Notes: generated by a model not told the origin, from the letters alone. DNA of 41,118 nucleotides from an uncultured Candidatus Saccharibacteria bacterium (GCA_964583845.1 CAZOXG010000002.1:1-41118), one strand, 5' to 3'. Shown: positions 1 through 6,317, numbered from the stretch's first letter. Numbers and translations: made by a program.

Positions 1-60
1 GAAGCGGTTTTGTTTTTCTTATCATTCCTAGCTAGGTATACTAATAGTTAAAAAAGGAAT

Positions 61-97
61 AAAAAAACAGAGGTCGGATAATGATCCTTCCTCTGTT
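61..97 (-). terminator. intrinsic terminator ending the 2302..120 operon
   Basis: 7-bp stem ACAGAGG(67-73)/CCTCTGT(90-96). On the minus strand it is followed by a T-run (61-67), about 25 nt past the stop at 120. Confidence 0.55.
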
Positions 98-119
98 CGC
101 GCTATAGGCTGAGTGGTCC

Positions 120-1247
120 CTAGAAAGGACGGTACTTGAGCCTTATGGCACACGGGAAACCGGGTGGGACGTTCTGTTTAACGCCTGACACCATGAACTG
201 GACATCTGTTGCCCCGGCGGGCATGGACAGATGAGTCTGGTCGTCGCTGTCATAGGTCCGGAACTCCTTCGGATATCCGCCTTCCATTTTGTAGCAGGCG
301 GTGACGATGAAGCCAGACGACGCGGTTGCCCAGTTGAGATAACACAGACCTCTCTTGACTGGATAACCACTCGACCACTTGTCGGTAACTGTTATTACTG
401 TATCTGCAGGCACTGACTGTGACGGGGGCGTAATGACAATGGTGTTGCCAGCGCCAGACCGTCCCCATTCGATAAACTGCATCACAACTATACAGACTAT
501 CAGCAGCATTAGAAATTCCCAGACGTTGGCGCCGGAGGGTTTAACCTTGCCGGTGCGTACAGCTGAGAATATCAGGAAGACAACAACTGCGATTATAACA
601 ATCGCGAGCCAGTGTTCAGTTACCCAATCTTTCGACGTAGTAAGCCAAGCACTGTTTGTGGACGTAGTCACGTCATTCGTAGTTGCGGTGGCTGTCGAAG
701 GGGTTACGACTTGCGTCGGAACTTCCTTACCAACTCCCACCGCCTTGTTTCCGTAGTGATAGGAGGTCCACATCAGAATCGCAATGATTGCGACAATGAT
801 TGCAGACACGAGCCAATCACGCCAGGTTACTGCAACTCGTCCGACTATTGTTGAAAACCGAGGCCCTGTCCATTTCCGGGTGAGCCAGATAATGAGGCCA
901 CCAACGACAACCGACAGACACCAGGTGGTGTACTTCTTGAAGTCAATGGAAGCACTCTTTTTTGGACTCACATTAGGAACTACAGGAACGACTTGCGTCA
1001 TTTCCTGCGGTTCGACGGGAGTGACGGTCACGACTTGCGCCGTTTCCGCTTCCGCTACCTTAATTGTCGGTGTTGGGTTATCTTGACGGTTTACGACCCA
1101 GAAGGCCGTACCCCAAATCAAAACAACTACGAGGATGGTTACCCATCCTTTGACTGGTTTCGCCGTGACGGTGAGGTACCAGTGTTTGCTGGTGGCCCAG
1201 GCGATGAGCCCGAGCACCAGCAGGGAGAGTACCAGAATCGTATTCAT
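120..1247 (-). CDS. polytopic membrane protein, unknown function (three TM-TM-Thr/Val/Pro-linker repeats plus a ~110-aa Cys-containing C-terminal domain)
   Basis: 375-aa ORF with AAGGAG 8 nt before the ATG. It starts 14 nt after the upstream SPFH-like gene, so the two form an operon. Hydrophobic pattern read from the translation. G+C visibly above the backbone. Confidence 0.7.
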   Translation of the reverse strand: MNTILVLSLLVLGLIAWATSKHWYLTVTAKPVKGWVTILVVVLIWGTAFWVVNRQDNPTPTIKVAEAETAQVVTVTPVEPQEMTQVVPVVPNVSPKKSASIDFKKYTTWCLSVVVGGLIIWLTRKWTGPRFSTIVGRVAVTWRDWLVSAIIVAIIAILMWTSYHYGNKAVGVGKEVPTQVVTPSTATATTNDVTTSTNSAWLTTSKDWVTEHWLAIVIIAVVVFLIFSAVRTGKVKPSGANVWEFLMLLIVCIVVMQFIEWGRSGAGNTIVITPPSQSVPADTVITVTDKWSSGYPVKRGLCYLNWATASSGFIVTACYKMEGGYPKEFRTYDSDDQTHLSMPAGATDVQFMVSGVKQNVPPGFPCAIRLKYRPF

Positions 1248-1261
1248 ACTTCACACTCCTT

Positions 1262-2302
1262 TCAATGTGTACTGCCACTATCGGTAACAGTTGGGGGTTT
1301 GGCGCCGATATACAGATTTGTAAGTTGCGGCGTATTCTTGAGTTGCATGCCGAGCATGGCTAGACTAACATCCGTTCCCGGGGGGAGGTTGTCAATCAGG
1401 GCTTTGATTTCGGCCTTGGTGGCGTCGCCACGAGCCGTACCAAGGCGTTGGATCTGAGCGGCTTGAGCAATAGATTCAATTTCCAGAATCTTTGCTGCGT
1501 TGTCAGCTATCTTTCTTTGGCGCTCTAGCTCCTGCGCTTGTTTTGTATCTTCCTGGCCGCTCATGGCAACCTTTTGCAAGGTTTTGACCACATCTTTTTC
1601 AGTGAGATCAACACCCGTTCGTGATAGGGCTATTATTTCAAGTCCTGTTTGTTCTTCAATCTGAGTAGTGAAGGACCCTGCGGGCGCCGGTGGGGGCAAG
1701 GTTACTTTTAGGTATTCGCGGAGAGCTACTGCAATATCGCATTCTGTGCCGTTATACATAACCTTGCCATTGTAGACAAGCATGATGTTGTCTTGCGTAC
1801 CGATGATGCTTGTCATCGCCGCATTGATGATACCTAGGATGACTTTTTTAATTTCATCCTCACCGACAAGAAACATAGCCGTGTAAGCTTGTTTCGTTTC
1901 GGTTGTTAGGTTGAAGTGAAACACAAAGGGGACACCTTTAAGTTCCACTGGCAACGTCTCAAGATTCTCAAACACTTGACGATACTTCATTTTCAGAATC
2001 CTGCCCTTATTGGGAATCAGGCCCATGAAGAAATATCCGGTCGTGTGGGCAAACAGTGCACGAAGCGGTCCGACGGGGGCACCTTTTGGCTGACGATCAC
2101 CATTCTGGTCAAAGTGTTTGTCCTTTAACCCACAGTTAATCTCTAGGAGATTTCCCGCTTTGTTGGTGATCGCAATCACCGTGCCTTCTGGCCGTTCGGT
2201 GAATAGTGCGGGAAGCTTTTTGGGGAGCTTGAAAAGCACCCAGAAAGTTAAGACAAAAAACAGAAACCAGAAACCGATAAATAAGTAAGTAAACATGACC
2301 AT
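1262..2302 (-). CDS. SPFH/band-7-like membrane protein (by-eye call)
   Basis: 346-aa ORF with AAGGAGA 6 nt before the ATG. N-terminal anchor FIGFWFLFFVLTFWVLF, a globular middle, and a C-terminal Ala/Gln/Glu-rich helix QAQELERQRKIADNAAKILEIESIAQAAQIQ as in SPFH tails. Confidence 0.5.
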   Translation of the reverse strand: MVMFTYLFIGFWFLFFVLTFWVLFKLPKKLPALFTERPEGTVIAITNKAGNLLEINCGLKDKHFDQNGDRQPKGAPVGPLRALFAHTTGYFFMGLIPNKGRILKMKYRQVFENLETLPVELKGVPFVFHFNLTTETKQAYTAMFLVGEDEIKKVILGIINAAMTSIIGTQDNIMLVYNGKVMYNGTECDIAVALREYLKVTLPPPAPAGSFTTQIEEQTGLEIIALSRTGVDLTEKDVVKTLQKVAMSGQEDTKQAQELERQRKIADNAAKILEIESIAQAAQIQRLGTARGDATKAEIKALIDNLPPGTDVSLAMLGMQLKNTPQLTNLYIGAKPPTVTDSGSTH

Positions 2303-2340
2303 TCTCCTTTTTCCAAGACACTATTGTTTTGACAAGGAAT

Positions 2341-2362
2341 GAAGGCTGGCAAACAGGCCAAA
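2341..2362 (-). promoter_or_regulatory. conserved 5'-leader hairpin motif, copy 1 of 2
   Basis: Minus strand reads TTGGCCTGTTTGCCAGCCTTCA (stem TGGC/GCCA, loop CTGTTT). The homologous motif at 29901-29922 has stem TAGC/GCTA, a compensatory G-C to A-T change. Confidence 0.55.
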
Positions 2363-2407
2363 CTTCAACATCTGAAAGGGCATATAGGCTCCTTTCTTCC
2401 GTATTCT

Positions 2408-2436
2408 ATATTAGCACAAAAGAAGACTAAAGTCAA
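2408..2436 (-). promoter_or_regulatory. sigma70-type promoter of the SPFH-like operon
   Basis: Minus strand TTGACT (2431-2436), 17-nt spacer, TAATAT (2408-2413). Leaves a ~100-nt leader. Confidence 0.6.
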
Positions 2437-2506
2437 GGTAGAAGTGGGGAAGTTGGAATAGCTGGATTGGTGGGGAAATAGGGCTAGTATTAAGGTGCGT
2501 TTAGGG

Positions 2507-2537
2507 TTGACTTTATAATCAAAATAAAGAATAATCT
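2507..2537 (+). promoter_or_regulatory. possible promoter of tRNA-Leu(UAG)
   Basis: TTGACT at 2507-2512 and an AT-rich -10 candidate (ATAATC/TAATCT) about 18-19 nt downstream. The tRNA starts at 2546. Confidence 0.4.
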
Positions 2538-2545
2538 ATGTTAAT

Positions 2546-2626
2546 GCGCGGGTGGTGAAATGGCAGACACGCTAGCCTTAGGAGCTAGTGCCGCAAGGCA
2601 TGGAGGTTCAAGTCCTCTCCCGCGCA
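2546..2626 (+). tRNA. tRNA-Leu (anticodon UAG), type II with long variable arm, no encoded CCA
   Basis: Cloverleaf folded by hand: acceptor GCGCGGG/CCCGCGC, anticodon stem CTAGC/GCTAG, loop CTTAGGA, variable stem GCC/GGC, T arm GGAGG-TTCAAGT-CCTCT. Confidence 0.93.
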
Positions 2627-2659
2627 CAAACAAACTGACTAAAAGTCAGTTTTTTGTTG
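2627..2659. terminator. bidirectional terminator hairpin between the tRNA and mini-element copy A
   Basis: CAAACAAACTGAC-TAAAA-GTCAGTTTTTTGTTG: a GC-poor stem flanked by A-run and T-run. Confidence 0.6.
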
Positions 2660-2832
2660 CGCGGGAAGCAACCTCTGGGAGAGGTTGCGTGAGGACTTGA
2701 AAGGCGGAGCAAATTTTTGATAGTAGTCAAAAATGCGAGCCGGGGTCGAGAAATTTTACGAGCGACGGCGAGTAAAATATTCGTGACCAAGTCCTCTCCT
2801 TAAAGTCGAGGGAAAGACTCCTCTCCCGCGCA
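2659..2832 (-). mobile_element. gene-3'-end-associated mini-element, copy A (type-1 core), behind tRNA-Leu(UAG)
   Basis: Minus-strand core is GTCACGAATATTTTAC-TCGCCGTCGCTC-GTAAAATTTCTCGACCCCGGCTCG-hairpin-CTCCGCCTTTCAAGTCCTC. Inverted tRNA 3'-end pieces at 2659-2665 and 2691-2701. Direct copies at 2788-2799 and 2818-2832. Confidence 0.8.
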
Positions 2833-2862
2833 TAAGTGAGGACAAGACTGTTAATAATTATT

Positions 2863-2892
2863 TTGCAAAAATACATTGGAAAATGGTATAAT
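2863..2892 (+). promoter_or_regulatory. promoter of the DUF3592-like gene
   Basis: TTGCAA (2863-2868), 18-nt spacer, TATAAT (2887-2892). Confidence 0.55.
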
Positions 2893-2945
2893 TTACTGAT
2901 AGCTGATTGCTTTTGCAACCCCAAATATACAAAAATCATAATATT

Positions 2946-3635
2946 ATGAAAAATAAAATTACTAGTTTGGTTGGCGCCATTTTCTTTTTTCTTGGTATCG
3001 GCATACTTATAGGGGGGATTTTCGAATACAAGAGCAACCAGCAATTCCTTCAATCGTCCCAAAAAAGTACTGGAATTGTTACAGATTTAATTCTTGGTGA
3101 TTCTGTTTACTACCCAGTGCTACAATTCCGTACACTTGCAAATAAGACAATTGATTTTAAATCATCAGTAGGTAGCAATCCTCCCTCGTATCGAGTAGGA
3201 GATACTGTGGAAATTTATTACAATCCGACGGATCCATATTCAGCAAAAATATCTGATTTCTGGTCGAATTGGTTTGGAGTTATAATCACTGGTTTTCTTG
3301 GCACTATATTCACGTTTTTGGGTGGAATATTTCTAGGCAGTATGATCAGATCTAGTATGAAGAAAAAATGGTTGTTACAATATGGAAAAAGGATTTCTTC
3401 CGAATTTCAAAAAGTAGAAATAAATGAAAGTTTCTCTGCTAACGGAATTCATCCTTACATTATCGTAAGTCAGTGGCAAGACCCAGAAACCAGAACAATT
3501 CATATCTTTAAAAGTGAAAATATTATGTATAATCCAGAAAAATATATTACTAATAAAAGTATAGATGTGTTAGTAGATCCCATGAATTGTAAAAAATATT
3601 ATACGGACATTAGTTTCTTGCCAAAGTCAGAGTGA
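2946..3635 (+). CDS. DUF3592-like membrane protein (by-eye call)
   Basis: ORF 2907..3635. The ATG at 2946 gives MKNKITSLVG plus a TM. GDTVEIYYNPTDP and a second TM fit the DUF3592 layout. Backbone-like low G+C. Confidence 0.55.
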   Translation: MKNKITSLVGAIFFFLGIGILIGGIFEYKSNQQFLQSSQKSTGIVTDLILGDSVYYPVLQFRTLANKTIDFKSSVGSNPPSYRVGDTVEIYYNPTDPYSAKISDFWSNWFGVIITGFLGTIFTFLGGIFLGSMIRSSMKKKWLLQYGKRISSEFQKVEINESFSANGIHPYIIVSQWQDPETRTIHIFKSENIMYNPEKYITNKSIDVLVDPMNCKKYYTDISFLPKSE

Positions 3636-3660
3636 AATTATTAATGTACTAAATATCTTC

Positions 3661-3727
3661 TTCCTCTGGTTCGCTGCAGCGACCTCAGTCGAAACTCAGT
3701 ATCGAATTATGGCGCAAAGTGGTGCAC
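3661..3727 (+). repeat. decayed older mini-element remnant (C0)
   Basis: 3702-3727 TCGAATTATGG-CGCAAAG-TGGTGCAC parallels the right arm of copy C1 (TTCGAATCCTAC-TCGCAAG..-TGGGTGCAC). Followed by an old hairpin at 3744-3769 and a tRNA-Lys 3' remnant at 3779-3788. Confidence 0.3.
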
Positions 3728-3778
3728 TATGTGGGCAACAACTTTTGTCTTTTGTGTGCTCAAGACAAAGATTCTATA

Positions 3779-3976
3779 AGTAGGAATTTCTTCCTCGACT
3801 AAAACTTCGTCGTCGGGCCACAAAGGCCACTTCCATTTTCTAACACGGAGTACCGTGAAGAAAATCAGGTCGCTCGGTTTTGTCTGGGCACGCTCTCGCA
3901 TGACTTTCTACTGAAAGTCATTGGCTCCGAGCTTCGAATCCTACTCGCAAGTGATAACATCACTTGCTTGGGTGCA
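3779..3976 (+). mobile_element. mini-element copy C1 (type-2 core variant), behind tRNA-Lys
   Basis: Left arm AGTAGGAATT. The core shares GGTCGCTCGGTTT..TGGGCACGC.TC-hairpin-CTCCGAGCT with copy G2. Right arm is TTCGAATCCTAC, then a 24-nt inserted hairpin, then TGGGTGCA, which is the tRNA-Lys 3' half in inverted orientation. Confidence 0.65.
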
Positions 3977-4014
3977 CAATTAAAAAAACTGCTACGCGCA
4001 GTTTTTTTTAATTG
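3977..4014. terminator. bidirectional terminator shared by copy C1 and tRNA-Lys
   Basis: CAATTAAAAAAACTGC-TACG-CGCAGTTTTTTTTAATTG palindrome. Confidence 0.65.
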
Positions 4015-4087
4015 TGCACCCAGTAGGATTCGAACCTACGACCTTGTCCTTAAGAGGGACCTGCTCTACCAACTGAGCTATGGATGC
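4015..4087 (-). tRNA. tRNA-Lys (anticodon CUU), no encoded CCA
   Basis: Minus-strand cloverleaf: acceptor GCATCCA/TGGGTGC, anticodon loop CTCTTAA, T arm with TTCGAAT loop. Confidence 0.9.
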
Positions 4088-4145
4088 ATTTTTACCTAAT
4101 AAAAGTAACAGTTATTTTAAGAAAAATCAAGTAATTTTGCTTTCA

Positions 4146-4174
4146 TTGACATTTATTGATTTGTAAGGTAATTT
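4146..4174 (+). promoter_or_regulatory. candidate promoter of the 4307 gene
   Basis: TTGACA (4146-4151), 17-nt spacer, TAATTT. The leader contains hairpin TAGCAGAC/GTCTGCTA (about 4206-4243). Confidence 0.45.
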
Positions 4175-4306
4175 AAAAACCAGTTCTTTATATATTATTT
4201 CGCTTTAGCAGACAGTATCTTTATTATATGATTTTGTCTGCTACAGCGAAAAACCCGATGTGGGCTAAGCTGAGCAGTATGTAAACTGCTAAGTAGGAGA
4301 AAGACA

Positions 4307-5014
4307 ATGAAACACTCATCGGCAATCCAAATGCTCAGGTTGTCTGAGCTGATCGCAAAGGGGTCAGAACATGCTTTAGAGAGGATTCTTCGGAATCCTG
4401 GAGTCTTTAAAGACCTTCTTGAGGCGGCTGAAATGAGAGAGGGAGATAATCGCTTTCATGGTCAGTCTCGCTGGGAAATTCGCAAGGCCCTTGGTCTTAG
4501 CAAATATCCAGCACCCGAAGTCTTTCAGATCTCTGTTGATGTTAACCCGTCGGTTAGTATTGAAGATTTGATTGGACTTGGAAAGTATCAGTATGTAAGT
4601 GCTGCTATGCAAGAGTCCATCAAGAACAATTTATTTGCCCGGGCCGAAAAGTCTGGAAAGGTTAAGATTTCTATCCTTCACTTTGATAGGGATATCATTT
4701 CCTACAATTCTGGTCACGAAATGTTGGAGGAGGTTGATCCAACTACGATTGAGAAAGAGATGCAAATAATCAATTGCATTCCTTTTAGTCCGAAGTATCG
4801 TCCGTTAAATATTGACGAACTTTTGGCGGTCGGGAGTCAGAAACCCGAGATCCAAAAGAAGTTCCCTTTGGTTGCCTATGGTTTGTTCTCTGGTCAGGCA
4901 AATGTTGCCTTGGACGACAGCGGACCACGACCTGAGCACCGCCGGTTGGTCGAATACAACTTCGACTGTAATGCCTTCTATGACTTCTACCGCATCCTTG
5001 CGGTGGAGACATAA
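4307..5014 (+). CDS. hypothetical protein (higher-GC ORFan)
   Basis: 235-aa ORF with GGAGAAAG 5-6 nt before the ATG. No motif recognised. Weak hairpin plus T-run at 5016-5067. Confidence 0.7.
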   Translation: MKHSSAIQMLRLSELIAKGSEHALERILRNPGVFKDLLEAAEMREGDNRFHGQSRWEIRKALGLSKYPAPEVFQISVDVNPSVSIEDLIGLGKYQYVSAAMQESIKNNLFARAEKSGKVKISILHFDRDIISYNSGHEMLEEVDPTTIEKEMQIINCIPFSPKYRPLNIDELLAVGSQKPEIQKKFPLVAYGLFSGQANVALDDSGPRPEHRRLVEYNFDCNAFYDFYRILAVET

Positions 5015-5121
5015 TCACACATGTTTCTACAACCCGTGCATCTGAATAAGGTGTGTGGGATTTTTTTATGTAAGAATATAATATTAAACATAATGGGGAT
5101 TTGGTGACAAATATTTTCCAA

Positions 5122-5379
5122 GTGCCCAGGATGGGACTCGGTCAGGAATAATTTTCTTATCGACACAAGAAAATTTTCACGACCATTACATGGTCAGTAC
5201 ACCATTTTGGATATTTTATTTCGTTACACTCATAAAATATCTCACAAGGTCTTTCGGTTGGGTCCCTTACCCAATCCTCAACCTGCCTCGCGGCTGGGCA
5301 TTGCTATACCCAGACCCTCTGCCTAAGAAAAATCGGCAAAGGGTACGCTCCGCTTTTCGAGTTCCACCCTATCGGGCAC
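5122..5379 (+). mobile_element. mini-element copy D1 (composite/nested), outer copy behind tRNA-Leu(UAA)
   Basis: Left arm GTGCCCAGGATGGGACTCG matches the tRNA gene strand at 17/19. Then GTCAGGAATAATTTTCTT-ATCGACAC-AAGAAAATTTTCACGACC. A nested second core-like unit lies at about 5192-5245. Right arm is TTCGAGTTCCACCC-TAT-CGGGCAC. Confidence 0.7.
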
Positions 5380-5395
5380 ATACAAAAAAACAGCT

Positions 5396-5480
5396 TGGTG
5401 GACTCGGTCACAGGTTTTTGCTTGCTAGCAAAACCCGCGACCCCGACTCGGCCCGTCGGCCTCCGTCTTTCGAGTCCCAC
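5396..5480 (+). mobile_element. mini-element copy D2 (short type-1 core), inner copy behind tRNA-Leu(UAA)
   Basis: TGGTGGACTCG|GTCACAGGTTTTTGCTTGCTAGCAAAACCCGCGACCCCGACTCGGCCCGTCGGCCTCCGTCTT|TCGAGTCCCAC. Confidence 0.75.
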
Positions 5481-5481
5481 G

Positions 5482-5520
5482 ACCAAAACAAAAACGGCCA
5501 TAAGCCGTTTTTGTTTTGGT
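5482..5520. terminator. bidirectional terminator, overlaps the CCA end of tRNA-Leu(UAA)
   Basis: ACCAAAACAAAAACGGC-CATAA-GCCGTTTTTGTTTTGGT perfect palindrome. Confidence 0.7.
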
Positions 5521-5602
5521 GCCCGGGGTGGGACTCGAACCCGCACGGTGTTACCACCGAAAGATTTTAAGTCTTTTGCGTCTACCATTCCGCCACCCGG
5601 GC
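5517..5602 (-). tRNA. tRNA-Leu (anticodon UAA), type II, CCA encoded
   Basis: Acceptor GCCCGGG/CCCGGGC, anticodon stem AAAGA/TCTTT, loop CTTAAAA, T loop TTCGAGT, 3' ACCA. Confidence 0.92.
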
Positions 5603-5618
5603 GAATATATTTTTGGCC

Positions 5619-5743
5619 TTGAGGCCTGTGCAGAATGGTCAGGAATATTTTGTTCGCCGGCGCTCACAAAATTTCACGACCCTGGCTCGGCCCGGCTGAT
5701 TGCTATCAGCCGACTTCGTGGCCTCTGCCTTTCGATTCTGCCC
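5619..5743 (+). mobile_element. mini-element copy B (type-1 core), behind tRNA-Cys
   Basis: Left arm TTGAGGCCTGTGCAGAATG versus tRNA gene strand TTGAGGCCTAGGGCAGAATCG. Core is GTCAGGAATATTTTGT-TCGCCGGCGCTC-ACAAAATTTCACGACCCTGGCTCGGCC-CGGCTGAT/ATCAGCCG-..GGCCTCTGCCTT. Right arm TTCGATTCTGCCC. Confidence 0.8.
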
Positions 5744-5767
5744 GAAAAAACACTTTCGTGTTTTTTC
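5744..5767. terminator. bidirectional terminator between copy B and tRNA-Cys
   Basis: GAAAAAACAC-TTTC-GTGTTTTTTC. Confidence 0.65.
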
Positions 5768-5770
5768 TTG

Positions 5771-5842
5771 AGGCCTAGGGCAGAATCGAACTGCCGTATA
5801 GAGATTTTGCAGATCTCTGCCTTACCACTTGGCTACTAGGCC
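5771..5842 (-). tRNA. tRNA-Cys (anticodon GCA), discriminator U, no CCA
   Basis: Acceptor GGCCTAG/CTAGGCC, anticodon loop CTGCAAA, T arm GGCAG-TTCGATT-CTGCC. Confidence 0.92.
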
Positions 5843-5974
5843 GATATGTTATTTTACCAACACAAACAAATATCGCAATCCCTTACTGTCTTTATGACCT
5901 TTACCTGGGCAAAGGTCAGTCTTCCTTATACACTATACATATACTTTATACTATCAGGGGGAACGCTTACTATT

Positions 5975-6316
5975 CTAATTTTTATTTATCAAATCGTCAA
6001 TTTTTTGTCGGTTTTTTTCACCGCTGTCTATTTCAAAATCAAACAGTGGTGGACGTCCGATGCGAATATTGTCTATAAAATACTTATAGAATTCACTGCG
6101 ATGACGCTTGGCAAAATTCAAGGCTCCGATTTCTTTGTCTGTTGGTAAAACGGAAAAAAGAATTTTTGCATGTTTGCCGTCTTTTGATAATTTAACATCA
6201 GTTACAGTGATAAGTGAAGTTTGATTGGATTCGCGCTGTAAATATTCAGCCGCTTTCTCGCGAATAGCTTGAATTAGTTTAATATCTCTTTTGCTTTCAT
6301 TTTCTTGTATTATCAT
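5975..6316 (-). CDS. rbfA: ribosome-binding factor A
   Basis: 113 aa. ITVTDVKLSKDGKHAKILFSV matches the RbfA KH-like core. Sits directly downstream of infB, the conserved order. Confidence 0.85.
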   Translation of the reverse strand: MIIQENESKRDIKLIQAIREKAAEYLQRESNQTSLITVTDVKLSKDGKHAKILFSVLPTDKEIGALNFAKRHRSEFYKYFIDNIRIGRPPLFDFEIDSGEKNRQKIDDLINKN

Positions 6317-6317
6317 T

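Noticed and set aside
2321-2383. 20-aa uORF in the SPFH-operon leader as a leader-peptide attenuator
   Set aside because: It has a strong RBS, but the homologous leader at 29851-29937 has no equivalent ORF (stops in that frame). The shared feature is more likely RNA structure. It is kept only as a note under the leader finding.
2659-2832. Idea that copy A is a second tRNA-Leu gene interrupted by a ~150-nt intron, since it starts with GCGCGGG and ends with CCTCTCCCGCGCA
   Set aside because: There is no D arm, anticodon arm or T-stem 5' strand between the ends. The interior is the same core found next to unrelated tRNAs and topA. No group I or group II intron signatures were recognised.
2608-3062. 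ORFs 2608..2790 and 2727..3062 on the minus strand, plus the analogous ORFs 3707..3901, 15031..15309, 19290..19586 and 30307..30693
   Set aside because: Each lies inside an element copy, a terminator or a promoter region, or is antisense to a better-supported gene. None has an RBS.
5190-5839. Track ORFs 5190..5570, 5304..5588, 5395..5622 and 5516..5839 (75-126 aa)
   Set aside because: They run through two tRNA genes, terminator palindromes and the mini-element copies. None has an RBS. Their apparent openness comes from the GC-rich repeat sequence.
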